Positions 26,182-39,416 of a stretch of DNA of 64,000 bases are shown in pieces. A program made the position numbers and the translations under genes. How positions within the stretch are numbered: the first letter of the stretch is position 1; the number at the start of each line of letters is the position of its first letter. Origin of the DNA: an uncultured Actinomycetota bacterium (GTDB taxonomy: Bacteria; Actinomycetota; Actinomycetes; Mycobacteriales; Mycobacteriaceae); the NCBI GenBank assembly GCA_963780705.1, contig CAWACU010000002.1, positions 235,226 through 299,225 on the forward strand, written 5' to 3'. The notes below the pieces were generated by a model, which saw nothing but the letters and a program-made list of their open reading frames with translations, was not told the origin of the DNA and ran no database searches.

Positions 26182-28312
26182 TCAGGCCGAGGCGGCCACG
26201 CCTTCAGCCGCTCCCTTCACGGTCGACTTCGCGCGGTTCTCCGCGCGCACCTTCCTGCCTTTGCGGGTGAAGCCGGTGGGGGAGATGGTCGCCGACAGCA
26301 GCATGTCCTCGCCCGTGACGAACGGGTGGAATCCGACGCCGGCTCCGCCGCGTCCCTTGACCGGAATGTCGGTGCAGGCGGTCACTTTCCAGGCTTTCGG
26401 CGACGTCGACAGGATCGCCTCGGTGCCGTCGCCGGTGATCGGCAGCGCGGCGATCACCTCGTCACCGTCCTCGGCCAGTCGCACGCCGGCGACGCCGTTG
26501 CCGGCGGCGCCCTGCGGGTTGACCGTCGCCGGGTCGATGCGGAGCACCTTGCCGCGACGGGTGACCAGTGCCAGGTGCGCGCCCTCGGGCAGCACCCCCG
26601 AGGCGAGCAGCCCGGTGATGTCGGGGGCCACCGCGACGTCGCGAACCTTGGTCGGCAGTCCCGCACCGGTGGTGAACTTGATCCGGCCGTCGGTCCAGAC
26701 CGCCCAGCCCAGTCCGCCGGTGAGCAGATCGCCGTGGCTGTCGGACAGGATGCCCTGGTGATCGAGGCGCCAGGCCGGATTGGGCTTGCGTTCCCGGGCG
26801 TCGTCGTCGCCGCCTGCGGCGGCGACCGGGGTGGCGTCGAGGTCCAGGGCGGTGCGCCGGTCGAACTCCGTGCCGTCGAACAGCTTCGCGGTCTGCTTCA
26901 ACTCGGCGTCGATGAGCTTCTTGCGGGCCTCGGGTGACTCGAGCAACTCGGTGAGCTGGGCGTGCTCGGCGTCGAGCTTGTCGGCCTCGGTGCGCAACTC
27001 GAGGACATCGAGCTTGGTCAGCCGGCGCAGCTGCATGGCCAGCACGTAGTCGGCCTGCACCTCGTCGATGTCGAAGCGTGCGCACAGTCCGGCGCGGGCC
27101 TCGTCGACGGTGTCCGAGCCGCGGATCACCGCGACGGCGGCGTCGATGTCGATGTGCACCAGCAGCAGACCCGACACCAGATGCCGACGCGCGGTGACCT
27201 TTTCCAGCCGGTGCTCGCTGCGGCGGACCACCACCGAGTCGCGCAGCGTCAGGAACGAGGTGATCAGTTCCCGCACCGACCACCACCGCGGAATGCGGTC
27301 GGCGTCGAGGGCCACCACGCTGGCGGCGAACGTGCCCTCCAGCGGGGTGAGCGCCAGCAGCGAGGTGACCAGCTGCTGCGGGTCGTGACCGCGCTTCGGC
27401 GGTGACCACGATGCGCAGCCCGTTGCGCCGGTCGGTGAGGTCGGACATGTCGGCCACCCCGGGCAGATCGCCGCCGTCGATCAGCGAGCGGATGCGTTCC
27501 TGCACCGTGGAACTCGCCACTCCGGGCGGTAGTTCGGTGATGACGACGTTGCGTCCGTCCACCGTCACCGTGCCGCGCACGGTGAACGATCCCCTTCCGG
27601 TGGTGACGTAGTCGCGCAGCCCGTCGGAGCCGACCACCGATCCGCCGCACCCCCAGTCGGGTCCGGGCAGCAACTCCATCAGGGCGTCGTCGGACAGTTC
27701 CGGCTTGGCCAGCAGCGCCCGGCAGGCGGCCATCACCTCGCGCGGGTTGTGGGCGGGAACCTTGGTGGCCCAGCCCTCGGCGATGCCCGACGGCACCGTT
27801 GACGAGCAGCACCGGGAAGCGGGCCGGCAGCACGGTGGGCTCGATCCATTCGCCGTCGAAGGTCTCCGTCATCGGCACCGCATGGTCGGCCAGCTCCGCG
27901 GTCAGCGCCGCGCCGGCCGGTGACAGCCGCATCTCGGTGTAGCGGTCGGCCGCGGGGATGTCGCCCTGGATGCGGGGGAACGCGCCCTGGCCGTCGATGA
28001 TCTTCACCCGCTGGAAGTCCGCGGCCAGCAGCGCCGCGGCGCCGTACATGGCGGCCCCGCCGTGCGGGTGCAGGTTGCCGGTCACCGCCGAGCAGACCTT
28101 CGAGGACTTCTGAGGTTTGTTGCCGGGCAACAGATTTGAGGAATGCATCTGGTAGAGCAGACGCCGCTGCCCGGGTTTGAGTCCGTCGTAGGCCGACTGG
28201 GTATCGCACGGTCGGAGACCGAATACAGCGCGAAGATCAGCTGGTAGCGGTTCCAGTAGTCGTCGGCGGAGACGTCGAGGACCAGGTCGGGGTTCTGTTC
28301 GATGACAGTCAC
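26182..28312 (-). CDS. Atypical type IIA topoisomerase A subunit (TopoN-like; frameshifted)
   Basis: RAIPSAYDGLKPGQRR, HPHG, catalytic AADRYTE, PAHN, ITELP, QLRRLT; short C-terminal domain with no GyrA box seen. Confidence 0.9.
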
Positions 28313-28327
28313 GGTGTGCTCGTCTCC

Positions 28328-30365
28328 TTAGTCCAGGTCGAGGGCGGCGGTGTCGATGCGGGCGGCGGCGGCGGCCATCCAGTCGCGGCGGCCCTCCGGC
28401 GGTCCGCCGAACAGGATGTGGTGCAGGTTCGTCGGCCTTGTCGTCGGGGCTGATCCGGTAGACGGTGCGCTGGGCGGGGTCGAGCACGGTGTTCCAGAAG
28501 TCGTCGGCGTTCATCTCGCCGAGGCCCTTGTTGCGCTGCACCTCGACCTTGCGTCGTGGACGTGGCCCGCAGCTTGGCCACCGCCTCGTCGCGCTCGGCC
28601 TCGTCCTGGCAGTAGATCCGGGTGTCGGCGTCGTAGACCACGAACAGCGGCGGCAGCGTCACGTAGACCATGCCGGCGGCGACGAGGGGCCGGTAGAAGT
28701 CGAGGAACATCGAGATCAGGCTGGAGTTGATGTTGGCGCCGTCGGGATCGGCGTCGGAGGCGAACAGGATCCGGTCGTAGCGGCACTTCTCCGGGTCGCA
28801 GTGATCGCGCACCCCGCAGCCCAGGATCCGTTCGATCGCGTCGAACTCCTCCTTGGTGCGGGCCTTGGTCGCGGTCCAGCCGAAGGTGTTGGGCGGCTTG
28901 CCTTTCAGCGGGAACGCAGCCTGGAAGGTGGCGTCGCGGGCGGCCTTGACGGTGCCCAGCGCCGAGTCGCCCTCGCAGATGAACAGCTCCGCGCCGCTGC
29001 CGCGGCCGCTTTCCCGGCTGGGCAGCAGCTTGGGCGGCAGGGACAGGTTGGTGCCCAGCCCCTTGGCCTTGGAGGCGGCCCGGGAGCGTTCCTTGGCACC
29101 TTCGGCGCTGCGGCGGGCGCGGGCGGACTCCAGGGCCAGCTTCGCCCAGGTGCTGATCGCCGGGTCGTTGGCGGGGTTGGCCGCCCACACGGTGACCGCG
29201 CGGGCCACCTCGGGGGTCATGGCCAGGTTCAGCGACCGCGAGGACACCGATGTCTTGGCCTGGGAGTCCCACGACACGTCCGGTGCGCGGGTGTCGACCG
29301 CCAGCGCGGTGACTGCTGCGAAGTCCTGCGGCTCCGGGCCGTCCTCGCCCTTGGCCAGTCCGAGATCGCGCATCCGGCCGGCACGTTCGGCCAGTGCCTC
29401 GGTCAGGCCGCTCACCGCCGCGGACAGATGCGAGCCGCCGTTGGCGGTGCGCACCGTGTTGCAGAACCCGGCCACGGTGGCCGGCTCGGCGGGACCGGCC
29501 GCCACCGACCAGCGCATCGGCGTCGGTCCCCGGCCGGTGGTGTAGGAACCGGAGCCCTCGACCACCAGGCTGACCTCCGGGTTCGGGGGTGCCGCGCCGC
29601 GGCGCACATCAGGGTCAGCAGCGCGTCGGTTCCCCACGGTCCGTCGAACGGTTGGGTCAGCATCTCCGGCACCTCGCCGATCGGCCAGCCCTCGTCGATC
29701 ACCCGCAGATGCACGCCGAAGCACATCCGGGCCGCGGCGTGCGCCCGCAGCAGCACCTCGCCGATGTCGATGACGCAGTCCGGTGCGACGGTCGGGTCGA
29801 ACAGAATCCGCACCGAGGTGCCGTGGGCGTCGGGTTTGCGGTTGGCCGCCCCGCGCAGTTTCTGGGTGTCGTCGCGGACGAACTCGGCGTTCGGGTCGAA
29901 GTCCTTGCCGGTGAAGGTGCCGGGGTAGCCCTTGCCGAAGCTCTGCTTGTAGGTCTTGCCGTCGCGCATCACGATGACGTCGGTGCGGGCGGAGATGAAC
30001 ACCGCCGCGGCGGCGCCGATCCCGTTGAGGCCCGCCCCGGTGCTGGCGGCATCGGTGTGCGCGGAGAACTTGCCGCCGGCGCGGGCAGTGCCCAGGGTCT
30101 TGACGATGCCGTTCTTCTTGGTGACCGGGTCGGTGTCCACCGGCAGGCCCCGGCCGTCGTCGGTGACGGTCACCGAGGTGTCGGCGTGCAGCGTGATCGT
30201 CACCGTCGACCCGCCGTTGCTGGGTACCGCGACCTCCTCGACGGCGTTGTCGACCAGCTCTCGCAGTGCGGTCAGCAGCACCTCCTGACCGAGGTTGACG
30301 GCCGGACGCAGCCGCGTGTGCTGGACGTCATCGAGTTCGGTGATGTCAGCGGCGGTGTAACTCAC
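28328..30365 (-). CDS. Atypical type IIA topoisomerase B subunit (TopoM-like; frameshifted)
   Basis: ELVDNAVEE, DDGRGLP, AGGKF, GLNGIG, TOPRIM EGDSA, PLKGK, DADPDG, RNKGLGEM. Confidence 0.9.
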
Positions 30366-30518
30366 GGTGAAGGCTTCCTTGTCGGAGAATCGGCACACAG
30401 GCCTACCGATTTTCCACTGTTGCAGTGACATTTCCGGTGTCCGAGACGCCGCGTCGCCAATTTCCTTCCAGTGGCCGACGTCACTCGTACTTACACGTGC
30501 AGGGTTCCTCGTGCGGGT

Positions 30519-30896
30519 TCAGGACTTCTTCGCCCGCAGCGCCTTCAGTCGCCGCTGCTCTTCCAGCACGCCCTGGTAGTTGGCGCGCTCGGTGATCAGC
30601 CAGTCGGGGCTCTCCTCCAGCAGCGCAGTGATCTGCTCGGAGGTCAGCGCGTCGGTGATGCCGCCGCGGGTGAGGCCGGCGATCGTGACGCCCAGCTTCG
30701 CGGCCACGAGGTTCTTCGGGTGCGGACCGCATCTGCGGAGGTCGGAGAGCCACTGCGGCGGGTCCGCCAGCAGAGCGGCCAACTCGTCGCGGGTGATCGT
30801 GGTGTCGCGGAACTCTGCGGGAGTGGCGGGCAGGTAGACGTCCAGCTTCTTCGCCGCGGTCGCCGGCTTCATGGACTGCGAGTTGGGCCTGCTCAT
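30519..30896 (-). CDS. DUF5997-like conserved actinobacterial protein
   Basis: QSMKPATAAKKLDVYLPATPAEF...PPQWLSDLRRCGPHPK..VAAKLGVTIAGL; family assigned by recognition. Confidence 0.78.
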   Translation of the reverse strand: MSRPNSQSMKPATAAKKLDVYLPATPAEFRDTTITRDELAALLADPPQWLSDLRRCGPHPKNLVAAKLGVTIAGLTRGGITDALTSEQITALLEESPDWLITERANYQGVLEEQRRLKALRAKKS

Positions 30897-30934
30897 GAGC
30901 TGAGCCTATCGACAGCTGTCGGTAGCCTGAGCGG
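30897..30934. promoter_or_regulatory. Near-palindromic back-to-back leaderless promoters
   Basis: TAGGCT-6nt-ATG on the minus strand and TAGCCT-6nt-GTG on the plus strand flank the dyad tcgacagctgtcgg. Confidence 0.7.
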
Positions 30935-31648
30935 GTGAGTCCGTCCGCGCTGAGCGTCGGCTACGTCCCCGGCGGGACTCCGGCGAAGTGGGCGCGGATC
31001 TGGACGGAGCGCCACCCCGAGGTCCGGCTGAACCTGCGCGCGGTGTCCGCCGCCGAGGCGGCTGACGAGGTGCGGGCCGGGGGCGTCGATGCGGCGTTGC
31101 TCCGGCTGCCGACCGACACCTCTGCACTGTCCGTCATCCCGCTCTACGAGGAGACGACGGTGGCGGTGGTGCCGACTGATCACCTTCTCTGTGCGGCCGA
31201 CGAGGTCACCGCCGCCGACCTCGATGGCGAGCCGACACTGCTGCCACTCGATGACGTCGTCGCCTGGGCGGACGCGCCGGGTGTCAGGAGCGATCACCGG
31301 CCCGAGACCACCGAGGCGGCAATGGAACTCGTGGCCGCAGGAATGGGCGCGCTCATCGTCCCGCAATCGCTGGCGCGGCTGTATCACCGCAGAGACCTCA
31401 CCTATCGCCCGATCGCCGATGCGCCACCGTGCGCTGTGGCCCTTGTTGTCCGGGACGGGCCGCAGTCACCGCTGATCGAGGAGTTCATCGGCATCGTGCG
31501 GGGCCGCAAAGCCGGTTCGTCGCGTGGTCAGGCTCAGGCCCCGCCGAAGCGCACCGCGCGGGAGAAGACTTTCGCCAAGCAGGCCGCCCGCGCCGCGGCG
31601 GGCAAGGTCGCCCGCCGGCCGGACCCGAACAAGCGACGGCAGGGTTAA
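30935..31648 (+). CDS. LysR-type substrate-binding domain protein lacking the N-terminal HTH
   Basis: VGYVPGGTPAKWARIW, DAALLRLP, IPLYEE, ELVAAGMG, VPQSLARL, EEFIGIVRGR; basic C-terminal tail. Confidence 0.85.
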   Translation: MSPSALSVGYVPGGTPAKWARIWTERHPEVRLNLRAVSAAEAADEVRAGGVDAALLRLPTDTSALSVIPLYEETTVAVVPTDHLLCAADEVTAADLDGEPTLLPLDDVVAWADAPGVRSDHRPETTEAAMELVAAGMGALIVPQSLARLYHRRDLTYRPIADAPPCAVALVVRDGPQSPLIEEFIGIVRGRKAGSSRGQAQAPPKRTAREKTFAKQAARAAAGKVARRPDPNKRRQG

Positions 31649-31696
31649 ACAGACCGCCGGGCCGACTTGTCAGATGCCTCTGCTTTCCTTCACATC

Positions 31697-32407
31697 ATGG
31701 ACACCCACACGCGCGACCGGTTCTACGACCGCGCGGGTCGGACCATCTCGACCGCCCGCTGGGCGCAGTTGCGTGGCAATCGCGCGTACACGCTGATCGG
31801 GGACTGGAGCGACGGCAACGGATCAGCGGTTCGCACGGTCTGGACCGGGATAGACCTCATGTGCGGCTGCTCGGAATCATCGATGTTCGAAACCCATTGC
31901 ATCGTGGGAGACACCGCGACCTTCTACGCCAACAGCACCGAGGCTGCCGCCCGGGAGTGTCATGACGACTGCGTCTCGTTGATCTCCGGCACCAACACGG
32001 CACCGGCCGCACCGCCGGCGACGGACGCTCTTATCGGGTTGCCGCTGACTTTCCTCGATCGCGGGGGCGACCCGATAGCGCTGGCCCAGTGGGCACGGCT
32101 GCGCCGCGACCAGAACTACCGTGTGATCGGCGTGTGGCGCGGGGAAGGTGGCGCCCATGTCACGGCCTTCTGGACCGGGTTCGATCTGGTGAGCGGATTC
32201 CATGCCCGACCGCAGGTGTTCGGTGTCTGCGTCGCCGCCTTCGAGAACTGCCCGCAGTCGGACAGTACCTACCGATTCTTCACCGAGAAGCGGGCCATGG
32301 ATCACTTCGACCGGATCATCCCGCTGGTCGAACGCGGCGTCCGGCCCTGGGAGGACGAGGAAGTCGAGGCAGCAGGATTTGAGCCGCTCACGCTGCGCGC
32401 CCGGTGA
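31697..32407 (+). CDS. Hypothetical protein with an internal tandem domain duplication
   Basis: Intact ORF; DRAGRTISTARWAQLR..WTGIDL..MF is repeated as DRGGDPIALAQWARLR..WTGFDL..VF. Confidence 0.75.
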   Translation: MDTHTRDRFYDRAGRTISTARWAQLRGNRAYTLIGDWSDGNGSAVRTVWTGIDLMCGCSESSMFETHCIVGDTATFYANSTEAAARECHDDCVSLISGTNTAPAAPPATDALIGLPLTFLDRGGDPIALAQWARLRRDQNYRVIGVWRGEGGAHVTAFWTGFDLVSGFHARPQVFGVCVAAFENCPQSDSTYRFFTEKRAMDHFDRIIPLVERGVRPWEDEEVEAAGFEPLTLRAR

Positions 32408-32431
32408 TATCGCTGTGCGGTTGAATGAGGC

Positions 32432-33223
32432 ATGAAGATCGACGGATCGGTGGCGGTGGTCACCGGAGCGGGCTCGGGTATCGGCAGGTCGATCGCAGCC
32501 GCGCTGGCATCGGCCGGCGCCTCAGTGGTGGTCGGTGATATCGAGGCGGCGTCGGCAACCGAGACCGCGGCGATGATCGGCGGGGTCGCGGTTGCCGCGG
32601 ATGCAGCGAGTGCAGACGGCATCGCGACACTGCTCGACATCGCCCGCCGTGAGTTCGGCGCCGTGGACATCTACGTCGCCAATGCCGGCATCGTCGGTGA
32701 GCCCGGCCTCGGCGACGACGAAGCCGCCTGGGACCGGATCATCGACGTCAATGTGCGCGCCCACATCCGGGCGGCCAAATCCCTTGTGCCGGAATGGATC
32801 GAGCGCGGCGCCGGGCACTTCGTCACCGTCGCCTCGGCCGCGGGCCTGCTGACCCAGCTCGGCGCTGCTCCCTACAGCGTGACCAAGCACGCCGCCGTCG
32901 GATTCGCCGAATGGCTGGCCATCACCTACGGCGACCAGGGAATCGGTGTGAGCTGCGTCTGCCCGATGGGTGTCGACACCCCACTGCTGCGGGCAATGTC
33001 AGATTCACCGGACGCGCAGGCGCGGGTGGCCGGTGCCGCCGTCACCGGTGCCGGCGCCGTGATCAGTCCGGACGCGGTCGCCGACCTGGTGGTCAGGGCC
33101 ATCACCGACGGGACATTCCTGGTGCTGCCGCATCCGGAGGTCGGAATCATGTTCGGGCACAAGGCAGCCGACCACGATCGGTGGATCGCCGGGATGCGGC
33201 GCTACCAAGCCAGCCTGCGGTAG
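32432..33223 (+). CDS. Short-chain dehydrogenase/reductase
   Basis: TGAGSGIG, NAG, YSVTK. Confidence 0.92.
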   Translation: MKIDGSVAVVTGAGSGIGRSIAAALASAGASVVVGDIEAASATETAAMIGGVAVAADAASADGIATLLDIARREFGAVDIYVANAGIVGEPGLGDDEAAWDRIIDVNVRAHIRAAKSLVPEWIERGAGHFVTVASAAGLLTQLGAAPYSVTKHAAVGFAEWLAITYGDQGIGVSCVCPMGVDTPLLRAMSDSPDAQARVAGAAVTGAGAVISPDAVADLVVRAITDGTFLVLPHPEVGIMFGHKAADHDRWIAGMRRYQASLR

Positions 33224-33231
33224 ACGCGGCG

Positions 33232-34413
33232 TCAGAACTTGTGCAGCGGACCCTGCGCCCGCTTGTACATCGACTTGAGCAGTGAGTCGCGGAAGCGGGC
33301 GTTGTCGATCAGCCGGATCCCGGCATTGGCCACCTTCGGGTTTCCGGCGAGTTTGTGGAAGTAGCGGCCGCGCTTGTATTCCGTGCCCCACGCGGCTTCC
33401 ATCCGCTGTGCGTAGTTGGTGAAGTCGTCGGGGCCGCCGTTCTCCAGCGCGGCGAGCGCGCACTCACCGGCGGCCAGGCCGGATTCGAGTGCCTTGGAGA
33501 TGCCTGCGCCGGATGCCGGCTTGCCCGCACCGAGGGAGTCGCCGGTGAACAGCACGCCCGGGCGCCACGGTGGCCACGCGGTGAATCCCATCGGCAGCCG
33601 CCAGGCCCGCACGCTTTTGTTCTTCTTCAAGTCCTCGATCGCCGGCAGCTTCCACTCCGGCGGCAGGGTGCGCAGGAACTCGCCGAGGAACTGGGTGGCG
33701 TTGATCGCCTGCCAGTTCTTGTAGCTGGTGACGTAACCCAGGCCGATGTTGAGCCGGCCGTTGCCCATCGGGAACACCCAGCCGTAGCCGGGCAGTTGAT
33801 CGCCCTGGAAGGCCAGCTTCAAATAGATGTCGAGGCTGTCGGAATCGGCCACCTCGGCGTCCATCTCGGAGCGGATCGCGATGGCCGAGTAACCATTGAA
33901 TTTCGAGTCGATATGCAGGGCGCGTTTGATGGGGGAGTAGGCGCCGTCGGCGGCGATGACGGCGTCGCCGTAGATCTTCTCGCCGCTCTTGAGCGTCACC
34001 CCGGTGACCCGTCCGGCCTCGTCGAGGATCGGTTCGCTGACTTCGGCGCCCTGGCGCACCTTCGCGCCGGCCTTCTCCGCGTGCTGGAGCAACATGGTGT
34101 CGAGCACGGTGCGGCTGACGGTGTGGCCGTGGTCGGGCATGCCGGGCCGCTTCGGGAAGGTCAACTCCCAGCGCGACGGGCTGAACACCGTCACCCGGTT
34201 CACCCGGTGAAACTCCGCCACTTCGTCGGCGAGGCCCATTTTCTGCAGGTAGCTGACCGCGCGGGCGGTCAGGCCGTCGCCGCACGGCTTGTCGCGGGGA
34301 AATACGGCCTTGTCCAGCACGATGACATTGGCACCGGTCTGGGCGGCCTGCCAGGCGGCCGCCGACCCGGACGGACCTCCGCCCGCGATCACCAGGTCGT
34401 AACGTTGTGTCAC
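33232..34413 (-). CDS. Geranylgeranyl reductase family FAD-dependent oxidoreductase
   Basis: GGGPSG, FPRDKPCGDG, AADG, GYGWVFP, GD motif; TAATCT -10 six nt before GTG. Confidence 0.9.
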   Translation of the reverse strand: MTQRYDLVIAGGGPSGSAAAWQAAQTGANVIVLDKAVFPRDKPCGDGLTARAVSYLQKMGLADEVAEFHRVNRVTVFSPSRWELTFPKRPGMPDHGHTVSRTVLDTMLLQHAEKAGAKVRQGAEVSEPILDEAGRVTGVTLKSGEKIYGDAVIAADGAYSPIKRALHIDSKFNGYSAIAIRSEMDAEVADSDSLDIYLKLAFQGDQLPGYGWVFPMGNGRLNIGLGYVTSYKNWQAINATQFLGEFLRTLPPEWKLPAIEDLKKNKSVRAWRLPMGFTAWPPWRPGVLFTGDSLGAGKPASGAGISKALESGLAAGECALAALENGGPDDFTNYAQRMEAAWGTEYKRGRYFHKLAGNPKVANAGIRLIDNARFRDSLLKSMYKRAQGPLHKF

Positions 34414-34460
34414 ACCTCTAGATTAGTCCACGGCGCGAACTCCGGGGCGACACGCCGCGA

Positions 34461-34508
34461 CCACAAGTTGTTGTGTTGGCCCGGCTTGTCAGACACCAGG
34501 GGTAGTGT
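34461..34508. promoter_or_regulatory. Tandem NrdR boxes upstream of nrdF; the second overlaps a PafBC-type promoter
   Basis: ccacaagttgttgtgt 34461-34476 and acaccaggggtagtgt 34493-34508 (32-bp spacing); TGTCAG-N10-TAGTGT 34487-34508. Confidence 0.78.
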
Positions 34509-34546
34509 TTGGGGGGTCAGCCGGAATGCCGGTGTTTCCGTGGTGA

Positions 34547-37857
<3,311 letters not shown>

Positions 37858-37926
37858 TACGTCTTTTCTGCGTCCAGGGGACCCAAAGCTCTGGCGCACC
37901 GAATTCCTGACGTTCACACTGTCGTC

Positions 37927-38290
37927 ATGACCGCCAAGTCGCGTGCGCGCAAAGTCCTGGACTGGCTCCGGGCCGGTTACCCCGGCGGGGTCCCGGGCCC
38001 GGACCGGGTGCCGCTGCTGGCATTGCTGCGCAACACCCCGCTGACCGAGGACGAGATCAGAGAGGTGGTGCGTGAGATCACCGCCAGCGGAGAGCAAGGC
38101 GCCGCGCCGGGCTGTGATCGACCACGACGAGATCGAGAAGTTCATCGAAGGCGTCGCCCACCACGACGGCGGGCCGGAGAACATCAAGCGGGTCGCCGAC
38201 ATCCTGGCTGCCGGCGGGTGGCCGCTCGACGACCTCGACGCTCGCGCGAGCGACTCGGTGTCCCGCCTGATTCGACCCTCGTCGCTGCTA
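37927..38290 (+). CDS. DUF3349 family protein (Rv3046c-like, frameshifted; end approximate)
   Basis: [22 protein letters not shown]; [13 protein letters not shown]. Confidence 0.8.
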
Positions 38291-39338
38291 GCGCAGCGAC
38301 TCGGTGTCGATCACGAACCGGTACCGGACGTCGCTGGCGATCACTCGCTCGTAGGCCTCGTTGATGTAGTCCGGCTCGATCACCTCGATCTCCGAGGCGA
38401 TGCCGTGCTCGGCGCAGAAGTCCAGCATCTCCTGGGTTTCGGCGATGCCGCCGATCATCGAGCCGGCGATGCTGCGGCGCATGCCGATGATCGAGAACGG
38501 CGGGACCACCAGCGGGTTCTCCGGGGCGCCGAGTTCGACGAAAACACCGTCGCGGTCGACCAATTCCGAGGTAACTGCCGAGGTCGAGGTTGGCCGAGAC
38601 GGTGTTGAGGATGATGTCGAAGGAGTTGCGCAGCTTCTTGAAGGTGTCGCGGTCGCTGGTGGCGTAGTAGTTGCTTCGCACCCAGTCGCAGTCCGTCCTC
38701 CATCTTCTTCAGCGACTGCGACAGCACGGTCACCTCGGCACCCATCGCCGCACCGATCTTGACCGCCATGTGGCCCAGCCCGCCGAGCCCGACCACCCCC
38801 ACCCGGGTGCCCGGGCCGACCTTCCAGTGCCGCAGCGGTGAGTAGGTGGTGATGCCCGGCGCACAGCAGCGGCGCGGCGGCGTCCAGTGGCAGCGCCTCG
38901 GGGATCCGCAGCACGTAGTTCTCGTCGACGACGATGCTGCCGCTGTAGCCGCCCTGCGTCGGCTGGCCGTCGCGGCCGACCGCGTTGTAGGTGCCGATCA
39001 TGCCGCCGCCGGTGCAGTACTGCTCGCAGGCCGGCGTGGCAGTTGTCGCACTCGCGGCAGGAGTCGACGAAACAGCCCACGCCCACCCGGTCGCCGACCG
39101 CGTACTTGGTTACCGCCGAACCGATTTCGGTGACGATGCCGGCGATCTCGTGGCCGGGCACCACCGGGTAGTTGGGCTGGCCCCACTCCGCGCGCACGGT
39201 GTGGATGTCGGAGTGGCAGATCCCGGCGAAGTGGATGTCGAACCGGACGTCGTGCGGGCCGACGTCGCGGCGGGTGATGGTGGTCTTGGTCAGCGGTTCG
39301 GTGGCCGAGGTGGCGGCGTAGGCGGTGACGGTGGTCAT
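38288..39338 (-). CDS. adhC: NADP-dependent zinc alcohol dehydrogenase (frameshifted)
   Basis: [39 protein letters not shown]. Confidence 0.9.
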
Positions 39339-39416
39339 GGGATCGAGACTAAGCCGTCGCCGTCGAGTGCCTGCGACAGCCCTCCACCGTGGGCGCACCG
39401 CTCTACTATTCGCCCA

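Noticed and set aside
26182-30365. Calling these genes gyrA/gyrB or parC/parE
   Set aside because: Motifs are strongly divergent, no GyrA box is seen, and there is no dnaA-recF context
25379-34413. Prophage or integrative element between nrdE and nrdF
   Set aside because: No integrase, transposase, structural genes or flanking direct repeats were found; it looks like piecemeal accretion
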